Source: a virus | Taxonomy: Duplodnaviria; Caudoviricetes | Reading direction: 5' to 3' (one strand) | DNA length: 49,768 nt | Virus record (IMG/VR): IMGVR_UViG_3300044818_000012 | Span: 1 to 49,768 of that record | Shown here: one piece after another, positions 9,401-18,492 of the stretch | Layout: each line of letters begins with the position of its first letter | Position numbering within the stretch: position 1 is the first letter of the stretch | Notes under the pieces: model-generated | Told to the model about the DNA's origin: nothing | The model's database searches: none | What the model saw: only the letters and a program-made list of their open reading frames with translations | Made by a program: the position numbers and the translations under genes

Positions 9401-12400
9401 GAACTGCGTGTACGGGCTTTCCAGCTCGAAGAACCCGCCTTGGTTCATGGTTTCAAAGCCTTTGGCCCCCAGCATCAGCAGGGACAGCATTGGGCCGTTG
9501 GTTACACCGTCAACCTCACCCATCATGCTGGTTTCGAACGCAGGCTTACCGTCTTGTTCAGCAATGCGCTGTTCAGCCAGGGCAACCAGTGCGTCGAACG
9601 AATGGAAGTTCTCACCGCCGGCTTTTACCGCCTCGACGATGGCATTCTCATTGGTGTTGCCGGTATCGCGCAGAAGATCAACCAATGCATCAATACCAGC
9701 TTGAATGACAGGATTCGACACGATTGCGTCGTAACCAGCCAGAACAACCGGAGTATTGGTCGCTTCAGTCTTCTTGCCGAACGCTTCCAGCACACGCAGC
9801 TTGAAGTTGTTCATCGACGCAGCATCAGCCAGCTCGACGGATGCATTCCAACCTTGCATGGCCAACATGTGACGGTGGATCTTCGAAGTCTGTGGATTAA
9901 CCACGTTGGTAGTCAAACCAACACGCTGAGGCTTCCAGACCGAACGGCCGAAGTACAGCGGCTGTTCCAGACCTTCAGTGCTCGAATCGGCAGCCATTGC
10001 CTTGATAAAGGTATCGAAGTTCTCGACTTGCTGAATCAGCCCGTCGTTCTTCGCTTGACGGGAAGCCAGATTCTCGACGTGAGTCGGAGCATCGGACGTG
10101 CTTACCACACCACCCATTTCATACAGCGCCTGCTTGCTCAGACGGCCCCAGACATGCCACATGTTCTGACGAACAACGTGAGCCTTGGCGCCTTCCTTAT
10201 TCAGCGTCTCAGCCAGACCTTTCGGCACGGCTTGAGCAGTACGCTTGGCGAATGCCTGGTCGAACTTCACCGGGGTGTAGCTCGGCTCAACACCGGCCGC
10301 TTCAACCGACATCAGCTTGGCAACCACCGACTGGGAGCCGACGTTGCGTTCACGGATGCGTTTGACCACAGGAGCCGGCTCACGCTTGCCATCCACTTCG
10401 CTCGATTTAACGCGGACGAAGGTGTGGTTCAAGCGGGAGTTACCCGGCTCGCCAGAATTCATCAGTGCCTGAAGTTTCACGTCCGGCAGTTGGACACGCT
10501 CAACGATGTTCAGCTTCACCATGGCGGCGATAGCACGAGCACCGATAGAGGCTTCCAGTTTGCTCAGCTCGGCATTGGTACCTTGCTGGTTTGGTCGCAG
10601 ACCCATCGCTTGAACGATACGCCCACCCAGTTGCGAGGCAACCACGGCTTCACGCGTACCGATCAGCGACAGTTCTTTGTAGGCAGCAGACGAGATTTCA
10701 GAATCGAACTCTTTCAACAGAATAGCGTTGATACCCTCGTCGGAGTTACGCAGTTGAGTTGCGTTTTCGTTGGCCCAAGAGAACATGCCGTACGAGACAG
10801 CAGTCGCCAAGTTCTCATCAATTTGCCCATCCGCGTTCTGAAGGAACTGCGCCATGTCCCGGTAGAAGAAGTCCGGGCGTTTAGCGCGAGTCTCAGTCAC
10901 CTTAAACTGGTCACGGATCGCTTGTGCAGAGAATTGCACGAAATTAAAGAAAGCGTTAAGGGCTTGGGTTTGCGGGCCAGTCAGGTCACCTTCTTGATCA
11001 ATGAAGTCCTTGGCCTGCACTTCACCAGCCTGTACGGCCGAAGCGAAGTCTTTGACAGCTACCAGCGGGCGAACGCTTGCATCAGTCTCATTGCCGGCCT
11101 GTTGTTCAAACAGCTCGGAAACCAGATTGATAGAACGGTAGTTGTCGGCAGTTACCGCCGCACCAGTTCGCTCGCCGATTGTGGTGAGTTGGCCGGCATT
11201 TGCCTGCGCCTCATCGGCCACGCTCGGGGCATCTTCTGATGTGATCGCAGCTTCTTGTTCTGCAGCAGGCACAGCCGCTTCTTCTGTCACCGGAGCTACC
11301 GATGCAGGTTCTGCAGTTGGTTCTACCGCAGCTTCATTTGCTACCGGAGTAACGTCACCCTGTACGTCAGCCGTCGGTTGCACAACCGGCGCCGAAACAG
11401 GAGAGGGAGCAGCATTTACCAGAGCTTCGAATGCAGCAGCAGTCTTGGCCAATACGCCCGCTTCAGCAGCCACACCGTCGCGTAGCTTGAAGGAACGCGC
11501 CGAGACTTCCAGACCACCAGCTTTCTTCAGGGCTTTGCCCTTCAGATCAGTCGGACCCCATTCACCTTGCTGATTCCGTACGAGATTGATCGAATTATCT
11601 GTGCCCTTCACTTGCTCGAAGGCAGCGGTAATGGCGTTCAGTTTCGACTCTCGGCTGGTTGCGAATGCGCGGATGCCATCGACTTGCGAGCGGGCTGCGT
11701 CTTCGTTGCCATTGGCCAGGGCCATACGGATTGCATTGCGATATTGCGAGATACCTTTGAAACCGTCGCCACCAGTGGCAATGTCCGAACGTACGCCAGT
11801 AAGGCCTTTCAGGGCGTTGGATGCCACCTGAGCCTCGCTGAAGAGGCGCATGGCGATACGTTGCGGCTCAGACAGTGCTTCGCTCTGTGCAAGAGACTCG
11901 GCAATCTGGGTGTCCACGGAATCAGGGTTGGTCATGGTCAGGGTCAACAGCCGGTCAGCCGCCTGTACATCACCTGCCTGTGCTTCGGTAGCGATGCTTT
12001 CGACTTCAGCCTGCTCAGGGCTGGCGTCTATGCGCATGCGCTCGGCCGCTTTATGAATACCACTCAACTGGCTTTCCAGTTGGGCAAGTTGTGCCTCATC
12101 AGCTTTCCGTTGTGCTGGGGTGTAGCTCGACACAGCCTCGTGGATCTCACGCATCTCAGCGATTTGGGCTTGGTCTGCACCAGCGGCCTCAAGCTGATCA
12201 ACGATTGCTCCGATCCGGGTAACCGCTTCCGGGGAAGTGTTTTCCAGACGGGCTTGGAGAGCCGACACATCAGCCGTCACATCTTGCTGAATTTGGTCAA
12301 CTTGAGCGAGGTTTGCCTCAACATCAGCATCAGGTGCCAGGTTCATCTGGTGCAGCGCTTCAACAGCACGAACCGGATTATAAGTGGCAGATTCTGCGTC

Positions 12401-13627
12401 AGTAAGAGGCGAAACATCACCGGATTCAACAGCAGCGGTAAAAGCTTCAGCGGATGCAGCACGAGTGCCAGCATCTTCTGTTGGGGCACCGGCTTTCACC
12501 AGTTCTACAGCACCATGGAAGTTACCGCCGACAAGTGCACCAATAGTGGCGCCTTCGACGATCTCTTCCAAAGATGGGTCTTTAAGTGCAGCTCGTGCCT
12601 CTGCGTAAGTCTGATAACCTTCAGTAACGCCTTCTCGGGTCATTGCACCGCCGATACCGGCAGCAGCAGACATTGCCTTGGAAGCAGACCCGGTACCCGC
12701 GTTGCGGAAACCACGAAGCATAGAGGCATCGCCGATGTTCTCAGCCAATGCCGCAGATGCCGCAAACGCGCCCATTTTCGCACGCTCATCAGCGTTTGGC
12801 AGTTGGCCGTCGTTCTTGTCATAGAAGTCGCGGACACCTGCGCGGTAAGCGTCGAAACCGTAACCCGCGTTCGATACAGCCATGGCTGGCGCACTGTATG
12901 CCGCAGCTAATAACTGAGGAACGTTCTCTACCACGTATTCCGTGGTAGCGAGTGGGTTGACTGCACCGGCTGCGAGCGCATTGCCCACAGTCGAAGCCAA
13001 ACCTTTCGCACCGGTAGTAGCAGCGTCGAGATAGTCGCCTTCATTGAAGCTGTCCGCAGCACTGCGCAAATCTGCAACACCACCGGCAGTTTCTTCACGA
13101 ATGTCGCGGCTAAGGCGATCACGTTCCGTGGTATCAACGATGCTCGAGATATCGAAGAAGTTGCCGATGTTCTGACCGACTTCTTGCAAACCTTGGGTGC
13201 CTTGAAGGCGTTCCATATACGTTTGCGGTACACCGTCATCCAACGGTGCAGTTTGATTCAACAGTGCACGGTCAGCATCAGATGCTTGACCAGTTTGCAC
13301 ACGGTTGTATGCCTGCACCTGTTCTTCAGGTACAGAGCCTTGGGCCAAACCAGAGATCAAATCGACTGGGAGGGTTGCGAGGTTACCAACCAAACGGCTG
13401 GCACCGGACACAGCGGAAGCGGCAAGGTTAGTGCCGATCCCTATAGTGTCGTCGTAGTCAAAACCCATCTTGTCGATAAGAGACTGCTTCTTGATAACAG
13501 AAGCTGCCGCAACCGATTCAGCTTTAGCCGAAAGGTCGAAAAGGGGCTTAAAGCCCCCTTCCTGTGCGGCAGGCAGGCCGGCAGGGAACAGTTGGTCGAA
13601 ACCGTTGTTCTCGTTGCCGTTTGCCAT
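3479..13627 (-). CDS. virion-encapsidated RNA polymerase (N4 gp50-like vRNAP)
   Basis: 3382 aa with no Cys seen. Motif A EVDGVTNGP, motif B RNIIKKPLTALMFG, motif C NVHDAL. Lies at the end of the late structural block. Confidence 0.97.
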   Translation of the reverse strand: MANGNENNGFDQLFPAGLPAAQEGGFKPLFDLSAKAESVAAASVIKKQSLIDKMGFDYDDTIGIGTNLAASAVSGASRLVGNLATLPVDLISGLAQGSVPEEQVQAYNRVQTGQASDADRALLNQTAPLDDGVPQTYMERLQGTQGLQEVGQNIGNFFDISSIVDTTERDRLSRDIREETAGGVADLRSAADSFNEGDYLDAATTGAKGLASTVGNALAAGAVNPLATTEYVVENVPQLLAAAYSAPAMAVSNAGYGFDAYRAGVRDFYDKNDGQLPNADERAKMGAFAASAALAENIGDASMLRGFRNAGTGSASKAMSAAAGIGGAMTREGVTEGYQTYAEARAALKDPSLEEIVEGATIGALVGGNFHGAVELVKAGAPTEDAGTRAASAEAFTAAVESGDVSPLTDAESATYNPVRAVEALHQMNLAPDADVEANLAQVDQIQQDVTADVSALQARLENTSPEAVTRIGAIVDQLEAAGADQAQIAEMREIHEAVSSYTPAQRKADEAQLAQLESQLSGIHKAAERMRIDASPEQAEVESIATEAQAGDVQAADRLLTLTMTNPDSVDTQIAESLAQSEALSEPQRIAMRLFSEAQVASNALKGLTGVRSDIATGGDGFKGISQYRNAIRMALANGNEDAARSQVDGIRAFATSRESKLNAITAAFEQVKGTDNSINLVRNQQGEWGPTDLKGKALKKAGGLEVSARSFKLRDGVAAEAGVLAKTAAAFEALVNAAPSPVSAPVVQPTADVQGDVTPVANEAAVEPTAEPASVAPVTEEAAVPAAEQEAAITSEDAPSVADEAQANAGQLTTIGERTGAAVTADNYRSINLVSELFEQQAGNETDASVRPLVAVKDFASAVQAGEVQAKDFIDQEGDLTGPQTQALNAFFNFVQFSAQAIRDQFKVTETRAKRPDFFYRDMAQFLQNADGQIDENLATAVSYGMFSWANENATQLRNSDEGINAILLKEFDSEISSAAYKELSLIGTREAVVASQLGGRIVQAMGLRPNQQGTNAELSKLEASIGARAIAAMVKLNIVERVQLPDVKLQALMNSGEPGNSRLNHTFVRVKSSEVDGKREPAPVVKRIRERNVGSQSVVAKLMSVEAAGVEPSYTPVKFDQAFAKRTAQAVPKGLAETLNKEGAKAHVVRQNMWHVWGRLSKQALYEMGGVVSTSDAPTHVENLASRQAKNDGLIQQVENFDTFIKAMAADSSTEGLEQPLYFGRSVWKPQRVGLTTNVVNPQTSKIHRHMLAMQGWNASVELADAASMNNFKLRVLEAFGKKTEATNTPVVLAGYDAIVSNPVIQAGIDALVDLLRDTGNTNENAIVEAVKAGGENFHSFDALVALAEQRIAEQDGKPAFETSMMGEVDGVTNGPMLSLLMLGAKGFETMNQGGFFELESPYTQFNDFHAVDGNLDLYESNIAGALNRLQGRNVNMLQAMQVITGQLQTAEGNVTSKGRNIIKKPLTALMFGSNPKTAVEGMADGFVEAIYSRIEDAAAKRDNAAISELFAAVNTLMRLPKAALPANAGYERALETKLTEQQKTALKKSFYELLGKPTEDALADNYATFIARRNVINQTAQLSFDLFNAVREGVTEFVEGSSAGVARNNAGEAIRTLTKEQLTQVDALMGDMAPILQTAMSQAANQREAGMYMAKSQRKLDSSLPYEQEVAFGAMVDTLAPDGQLQGIGSSKVSSTRTEDIDPGVMPFITSIHSSDSAIASAVYGEMEALNVHDALGVDLNNVAKVGQELNKATFETLLNYSSPTAMSNMLDEVLAGTAKVMQNADLAALIQPKLRAKMIQRAEKKRGGIAQQLTAIRETARQADTDKLSMMAELKAIGQYATEGGSYVVTDADREAASKKLTEVGTSFNEGAESVAEMLDVAAAVDPAVYQPGQRAVLANSSVTTLAPATSLNTLVSLEQTNAVEQVIASMVSGNRTLGDAVQILPEHQAAEVINAVNTASEEKLSVWGQLGAPVVQSDSNLVELLSGTNLSAHNLIDSLVAYSQDPFQRTVLQMAKKGIPSGVRVNYITADTGPEGAFGEGVDKSRGWYAQRNSTEALFIKSPEFVESGITPELLTHELVHAALANLVDQHNGANTVAGRAVADLESLRQIADEFIANNGEMSARFRNATSNVHELLAWGLTNKAFQRDVLSQIQVAQRNRSFLDGLKTFIGKLTTLLFGDNKVSANNGMANLVANAAGLFQEAAAVRDARATKTHKYEDAVDHINAMTAEQVFDALASVSGVKTDARHVEYLKNLLAETVDPVYGPYGAFKEQASANRALTPMDVFLKAVNTGKLPFSSEATTNAFILSQQEAFVLESVEATVAFAMEHKETLFVRQGLENLFNEARATLKPANFHKGVWATASQGEKDIAQAKFDFVFRPKAAITSKNAYLSRFAALGMASDEVRNVLAFSTANLETPLKELPWASRLTEIFRRVMQRLAFLMTKVTPGMAGNQALSTLVEDLVDIEAKRKARMGQDKLGSLDQIESVLSAAGETVREKAEAFGKSKFFRNSRIPNMPAVGVAISTLAGDRLDDVLEHITKTRDHYQKSRQGLAIGLLSEWRGVYDSRRLAAELFKGAKAIEQERKAVIENTASAVNGAFANQGQDLTQDQRNALTKVFLRTNAQAIAAVKGVSGLRDLMEDPAQMVAYRADLEAQVTALSRNAQYMISQTKDLAHHKVIGGSTSANLMLSTGNIAAMYGTKKAGQDAHLIAGLTPLLEQLVGVYALAYSGDVDLNNAKQVLRTEMNRQDGGNGVEFMLKLHTGLQTKATKDLFAGTEALQQTGYVAEIHDNKIEVLLVDQRDVAAHQRAGYVVGSRLQMDPNVKALQGGSRVLMTRRGSGQNALLTGAMSFTGMNAKGSSPVTEALNMMQGTQTTSAAVRQQIAAAKAGAIADLFTRGSNYDPRNAQAGHMAPTLAPDGRIADYRHLMVEHNRDVLLDRDNSMDQVMGVMAGQIADKVSSAAQNSDVVRSMYDQYRADYTSRPASYLRVAADSNDATLVEAYRLLPESTKREIKKVWKEDAMYVPADQIDLIFGYRKLSLTNAFQALPTDRNLMEKTLVGITSAMFGEKAALRVGQAEDIMQALVKEMKDILVVKNVMTLAGNIMSNMTLLAWEGVPLQKAISSHAIAIKGAIDYRKDSKRLMQLQQSVDIGYYANTEAAEVEMVELRDRLARNPIKPLIDAGLMPTIVEDVEVDDNRYTYKAHLERKVERFTSKVPAWMRTVGRQVYMTHDTATYKFLSQSTQLSDLVARYALYEHATTRRKDPLSKADALRLAEDSFVNYDLPSHRTLQYLNDMGIVMFTKYYLRIQKVIMRLVKDRPARGLIMVALEHYMSGLQSVMDSSWTQKIGNNPLQDGALGYLGSLKELPAIKLL

Positions 13628-13638
13628 ATGTAAATCTC

Positions 13639-14952
13639 CTACTGAATGTTCGTTACCTGTCCTTTAGGGGGCCAGGAGTCGGGAATGTCCTCATCTGCGT
13701 TAGGCAGGAGGTTTTGGTTTGACTTCGACGAAGTGACCGGTTTTTGTCCTGCCAACTCAGCGAGTGCCTGCACAATACCAGAAGTGTCCAACGTAGAGCT
13801 AGTACCGAGCTGTGTTTTCGCCCGTTTAAGGGTTTGCATCACATTGTTCGCTTGATCCCGTACTGTCTGCGCTTCACGCACTTTTGCACGGTTTCCTGCA
13901 CCTGCATTACCCGATAGGCTATTGCGCAGGTCGTTGCGGATGCTATCCATCGGGTTATCGAACAGATTCCAGTTTTTGCTGTTCTGGTTGATGACTTGTT
14001 GTAGCAAAGCAGGCGGAACCTTGTAGGTCTGTCCGTCTACGTCAACACCGGTTGAAAGCAGGTCAGTTACGCCTTCCTGCATCTGACGGATGTCCGTCTT
14101 GTCAGAATTGAGGAACGACGTGAATTTGCCGCTGTCAGTCAACCCTTTCAACAGAACCGCAGCATCCTTGCCCGGGTCAGTCGAAGTGTTGGCCCATTCG
14201 TTGCCTGCCAAGCGCGTGTTCAGGATTGTCTTGGCTTGTTCGGCCGCATCGTCCAGAGTTCGAGCACCATTGCGGAAAGCACGCTCTTGGCGCGAATCTG
14301 CCAGCGCTTCTTTACGCATCAGACGGTTTTCCGAAGCAGCAGCCATGCTCTCTTGGAATTGTGCGATCTGACGGCCCTCAGCGCGATCCTGACGCTGTTG
14401 GTCCTCGGCAGCGTACTGACGGCGGGTCTTGGCATCCAAGATCCCCATGAGATTGTTGGCAACCTTGCCTTCGTCCAAGAACTGCGTATCAGCGAGCAAT
14501 TTCTGCACGCCCTGCATATCCCCGGCTTGAGCCAGTTCCAAACCTTGGTCTACCAGACCTCGTTGCTGGCGTTCCGTCGCCTGATCCGTGAACTGATTAT
14601 CCACCATGGTTTGTTGCTGGAGACTCTTGACTCGGTTGTCAATTGCACCGCGAGTAGCGTCTCGGTCAATGGCTGCGCCGAATCCTGCGCGCATACCTTC
14701 GAGTTGAGCACGAGTTTCAGGGTTTTGTAGCGCATCGACGCCCCCAGCGTTTGCCACAGCATCAAGATACTGAGACGTGTTGTTCTCCCGAACTTGCGCC
14801 GAATTGCGGATTTGAAGTTTCTGTTCGTCTCGGAACAGGCCACCAAGAGCCGAAAGACCCTGTTGTACCTGATTCTGTCCCATAGCCAGCAGAGCAGCGG
14901 GGTTGCCCCCACCTCCACCGCCGACGTTACGCCATGTGATTGGTTCGGCCAT
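13639..14952 (-). CDS. internal virion/ejection protein (N4 gp51 position)
   Basis: 437 aa, Cys-free, Gln/Ala-rich helical protein directly upstream of vRNAP. Confidence 0.7.
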   Translation of the reverse strand: MAEPITWRNVGGGGGGNPAALLAMGQNQVQQGLSALGGLFRDEQKLQIRNSAQVRENNTSQYLDAVANAGGVDALQNPETRAQLEGMRAGFGAAIDRDATRGAIDNRVKSLQQQTMVDNQFTDQATERQQRGLVDQGLELAQAGDMQGVQKLLADTQFLDEGKVANNLMGILDAKTRRQYAAEDQQRQDRAEGRQIAQFQESMAAASENRLMRKEALADSRQERAFRNGARTLDDAAEQAKTILNTRLAGNEWANTSTDPGKDAAVLLKGLTDSGKFTSFLNSDKTDIRQMQEGVTDLLSTGVDVDGQTYKVPPALLQQVINQNSKNWNLFDNPMDSIRNDLRNSLSGNAGAGNRAKVREAQTVRDQANNVMQTLKRAKTQLGTSSTLDTSGIVQALAELAGQKPVTSSKSNQNLLPNADEDIPDSWPPKGQVTNIQ

Positions 14953-14954
14953 GG

Positions 14955-15422
14955 TTACACCCGATTCTTACGCAGGTAGTCGTCAGTGTTCTCGTATGCC
15001 GTCGGGTTCGACGCAACGCGTGCACGCTGACGGTCTTCCAGTTGCGAGTTGATAGTTTGACGCTGAGCGTTGAAGTTCAGGTCGAATTGGCGACGGCCTT
15101 CCTTGAACTGGTCTTCAGCCAGCTTGGTCGCTTTGTTGCCTTGCAGCGCACCGAAGATGGCCTGACCTGCACCCAATGCTACCGGTGCCCAACCGCCAGT
15201 CGAAATACCCGTGTTCTGGTCGGTACCACCAAACAGCGATTGCCGGCTAAACATATTGCCGAACAAGCCACCACTACCACCAGTAGTAGGTGCGCCAGTA
15301 GAACCGCCACCACCGAAGCCAGGGAAGTTAACCAACCCCGTGCCATTGTCGTTACCGCCTGTTGTACCCCCGAAGATACCGCTAAGGTCGAAATCGAAGG
15401 GCAAGAAGTTAGTCCCCGCCAT
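14955..15422 (-). CDS. small internal virion protein (N4 gp52-like)
   Basis: AGGAG RBS before ATG 15422. Gly-rich N-half, then a coiled coil (QFDLNFNAQRQTINSQLEDRQRAR). Confidence 0.7.
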   Translation of the reverse strand: MAGTNFLPFDFDLSGIFGGTTGGNDNGTGLVNFPGFGGGGSTGAPTTGGSGGLFGNMFSRQSLFGGTDQNTGISTGGWAPVALGAGQAIFGALQGNKATKLAEDQFKEGRRQFDLNFNAQRQTINSQLEDRQRARVASNPTAYENTDDYLRKNRV

Positions 15423-17697
15423 AATTGAAGCTCTCCTGCGTTTGATTGAAAGTTGGCAGCGAAGTCTGTATCGCAACATAGGATTCTGTCATATCGAATG
15501 CCAATGTGCCGATATTGCTCGCATGCACAGTTCGTGCGTAGTAATCCGATGGATTCTCGCCAAGAACAAGCCGCGGACCCATCTTTACCACATCGAAGGC
15601 ATTTAGCCCGACAATTGCCGGATTCATACCCAAGGCCAGCATGTTATCAGTTAACCCGTCCATTTGGTCTTGTGCCCACACAGAAAACGCTTCAGCGTCC
15701 TCAACGATATCCTTCAGACCCGCAGCTATCTGTTGCTGGTTTAATGCCCCGGCTTCCTTTACCAGAGACGTACCCAACTGCACCAGATTCTCTGCCCATG
15801 TCGCTGAGGCTTGTGACGCGGCTGTTGTGTTGCCATAAATCACGGCGACTATCGCAATGATCAAAGCTGCCTTCGGGCCTACTGCTTGGGCGAACAACCT
15901 CACCCCATAACTGATAACCATGGTTTTCACGATGGTTGTGATGATCACGACAGCAAATGCCCCGATACCTACCCCCCAAGCCGCCACAACGGTCTGCCAA
16001 GCCGAACCTGCCGACAGAATGGTGATCACCACGGCAATCACGATCAGGATGGTGCGGAAGGCCGACGAGGCGTACCACGGCGACTTGGTAATGATCACCG
16101 TGTTCACCATCATGGTAAGGGACCGGCACAGAAGCTGCTCTCGTGTAGGAACCGACATGGTTTGCACGATTGCCGAGTCAATTGGGATAAGCAGTTCCTT
16201 ATCCTGCCTACTTGCCGCAAATCCCTTCTTACTGTGAACTTCGTAGTTCACCCGCAGGCCATAGACGATGATCTCTTCGTATACCGAGTCATTGACTTGA
16301 TATTGATAGATCCAACCCGGTTGCTCCAAGAAAGCATTGTCGACCCCGGTACCGATAGGTGTCTGGGTCAGGTAGTTCTGACTGTCTTGGCTTAGGATGC
16401 CGAAGCGCGAATTATAGCGATTTTTGTTGGCAACCTTCCCGGGAACGCGGCGTTTGGAGATACCGCTAAACTGGAAGGACATTGCAAAGCGATTGTCCCG
16501 GATATGCTGCATTTGCGACGGAGACGACGTGAAGGCATTCAGTTTGCCTTCAAGCGACGGGTCTAGTTGCACTTGTGGCAATGCGTTCGCATGTAGGGCA
16601 CTGAAATGCTTGAACAGGTATTCCCGGCACGCTTGGTTCTCGTGGCCTGGGTTAATGGCCATCAACAGCAAGCTTTGCTCGGTATCGTCCACGTTTGGGT
16701 CTTCATGCACCCCATCGTACAGTTGATCGTAGCTCACCCCCAGTTGATCACACCAAGCCTTCATCTGATCCATGCTGGTCGGCGTCTCGACATCGTAAGC
16801 GTCTTGTCCATGGTGTCGGAAGTAGGTCCATGGGAAGTACGTACCCAGCGGGCTGTGTTCCAGGGCGTAAGCCAGATCAATAGACGGATAGGTACCCGAA
16901 CCGTGCAGGTAGGTGAAGAACCCGGTCTTGCCGGTCGAGTCCGTGTAGCGGCACATGTGGAAGTCGGCGATGTTGTCCAACGAAGCCATGGAAACAGTGA
17001 TACCCCGGGTCTGGAACACGCCATTGGCGTCTTTGAACTCGTATTGGATAGTCACGTAGTCTTCAGTCGAAACGTCGCTCACTTCGTACGCTGGCTGCTC
17101 TGCGTACTGGCCCATGCCGCTCAATGTGTTGAACGGCGCCGAAGGGCGATAACCAGAGCGCGGAGACGGGCCAAGTTGCGTGAGCATCCCGGTATCGTTG
17201 GTGGCGATCATCCAATCGAAGTCTTCACGCAGGTACGTGGCTTTCATGTCCGACAAGTAGCACGGGAAACCAGTAGAAGCACTGAGTACCGTTAACTCGT
17301 TGGTGGCCCCGTTGTACCCCAACGAATCGTGGCAATACTGCCAGCCGAAGTGCATCGAGTTCAGCGGACCCATGTAGTAATACTCAACAGCGATCTGCCG
17401 GCCGATGTTGGCCTCAATTGCGCTGATCACCTGATCTTTGGCTTGAATGTAGGTCGCTACTTGCGCCGATGGAATGCCTGGCTCATAGCCCTTCACTTGT
17501 GTGTTATGCAGGGCTGTCATGGCACGAATGCCCATGCATTGCGAGATCTCGTCTAGCATCGACGGCACAATGTCTTCTTCTTGCATGATCCCCTTGATCA
17601 AGCCGTTGAGCGCGCTCGTTGGGATCTGATCTTCCTCAAACACGGAACTTACTGTCACGTTGACCGTGTATGTCTTTTTGCTGCTGAAAAGCCCCAT
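15409..17697 (-). CDS. virion structural protein (N4 gp53-like) with C-terminal hydrophobic segments
   Basis: GGAG RBS before MGLFSSKK, syntenic position, TM-like stretches near the C-terminus. Confidence 0.75.
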   Translation of the reverse strand: MGLFSSKKTYTVNVTVSSVFEEDQIPTSALNGLIKGIMQEEDIVPSMLDEISQCMGIRAMTALHNTQVKGYEPGIPSAQVATYIQAKDQVISAIEANIGRQIAVEYYYMGPLNSMHFGWQYCHDSLGYNGATNELTVLSASTGFPCYLSDMKATYLREDFDWMIATNDTGMLTQLGPSPRSGYRPSAPFNTLSGMGQYAEQPAYEVSDVSTEDYVTIQYEFKDANGVFQTRGITVSMASLDNIADFHMCRYTDSTGKTGFFTYLHGSGTYPSIDLAYALEHSPLGTYFPWTYFRHHGQDAYDVETPTSMDQMKAWCDQLGVSYDQLYDGVHEDPNVDDTEQSLLLMAINPGHENQACREYLFKHFSALHANALPQVQLDPSLEGKLNAFTSSPSQMQHIRDNRFAMSFQFSGISKRRVPGKVANKNRYNSRFGILSQDSQNYLTQTPIGTGVDNAFLEQPGWIYQYQVNDSVYEEIIVYGLRVNYEVHSKKGFAASRQDKELLIPIDSAIVQTMSVPTREQLLCRSLTMMVNTVIITKSPWYASSAFRTILIVIAVVITILSAGSAWQTVVAAWGVGIGAFAVVIITTIVKTMVISYGVRLFAQAVGPKAALIIAIVAVIYGNTTAASQASATWAENLVQLGTSLVKEAGALNQQQIAAGLKDIVEDAEAFSVWAQDQMDGLTDNMLALGMNPAIVGLNAFDVVKMGPRLVLGENPSDYYARTVHASNIGTLAFDMTESYVAIQTSLPTFNQTQESFNYGGD

Positions 17698-17707
17698 GAA
17701 TTGCTCC

Positions 17708-17735
17708 AAAAGAAAAGGGGAACCGAAGTTCCCCT
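17708..17735 (-). terminator. intrinsic terminator with cUUCGg loop
   Basis: Minus strand reads GGGGAAC-TTCG-GTTCCCC-TTTTCTTTT. Confidence 0.85.
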
Positions 17736-17751
17736 AGACTACCACGCTGGT

Positions 17752-18486
17752 TTAGGCTCCGACGCCCCCGAGTAGCGCATTCACTGCGCGACCCACGTTG
17801 GCATCGTGGAGTTGGTTGACTCCGTCCGCTACGGTACCCACATCCGTGGTTCGGCGTACGTTCCACGAGTCAATCATCACCTTGGCCGCTTTCTGCTCTG
17901 CATCCCGATCAAAGCCATTGGCTTGTGCGGTATACAGGGTGATCTGCTTGCCAATCACCGAAGCCGGCTCTATAGCTACACCAGAGGTTTGTGCCTTCTC
18001 GGTTGCTACCTTCTGGTTAACCAGACTGGTTTGCGCTACGACTTGCAGGTTCTGTGACAGGTTGATGTCGTATTGCGATTTAAGTACGCACTCTTCAGCA
18101 CGAAGGTTCAACAACTGCTGGCCGAGGTTCACGGTTTCAGCAATGGTCTTGGAAACCTGTGCTTGCACCAGTTCCTTGTTGATCAGCTCACGTTCCAGCT
18201 CGGCTTCCGCCAAGAGGATCTGAACTTCGGTCAGACGTACCTGAGCATCGACCAATGCTGCTTTGTTCGCCGCTTCGCCCTTCTGAAGCAAAAAGACCAC
18301 GGCATTTTGCAATACCGGGGTCAGTGCATTCAGGTAGACGTTGGCGTAGTCAGCCCCTCGAAGGCGTCCTTTATTGAACTCCAATTCGAGGTGGCCGACC
18401 ATCGAACGCATCAGCGTATCGAATGCCCCGGAACCCCCGACTGTGGCTTGGGTCAAGTCGTTGAGGGTAATCGGGGTAACTGCCAT
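17752..18486 (-). CDS. virion tail/structural protein (N4 gp54-like)
   Basis: GSGAFDTLMRS...LEFNKGRLRGADYANVY motif, coiled coil, synteny. Confidence 0.75.
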   Translation of the reverse strand: MAVTPITLNDLTQATVGGSGAFDTLMRSMVGHLELEFNKGRLRGADYANVYLNALTPVLQNAVVFLLQKGEAANKAALVDAQVRLTEVQILLAEAELERELINKELVQAQVSKTIAETVNLGQQLLNLRAEECVLKSQYDINLSQNLQVVAQTSLVNQKVATEKAQTSGVAIEPASVIGKQITLYTAQANGFDRDAEQKAAKVMIDSWNVRRTTDVGTVADGVNQLHDANVGRAVNALLGGVGA

Positions 18487-18492
18487 ACGTTA

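Noticed and set aside
3395-13633. Long + strand ORFs opposite the vRNAP gene (for example 6512-9070, 9272-11239, 3395-4795)
   Set aside because: They are antisense shadows caused by codon bias of the real gene. They have no RBS or motifs and atypical composition.
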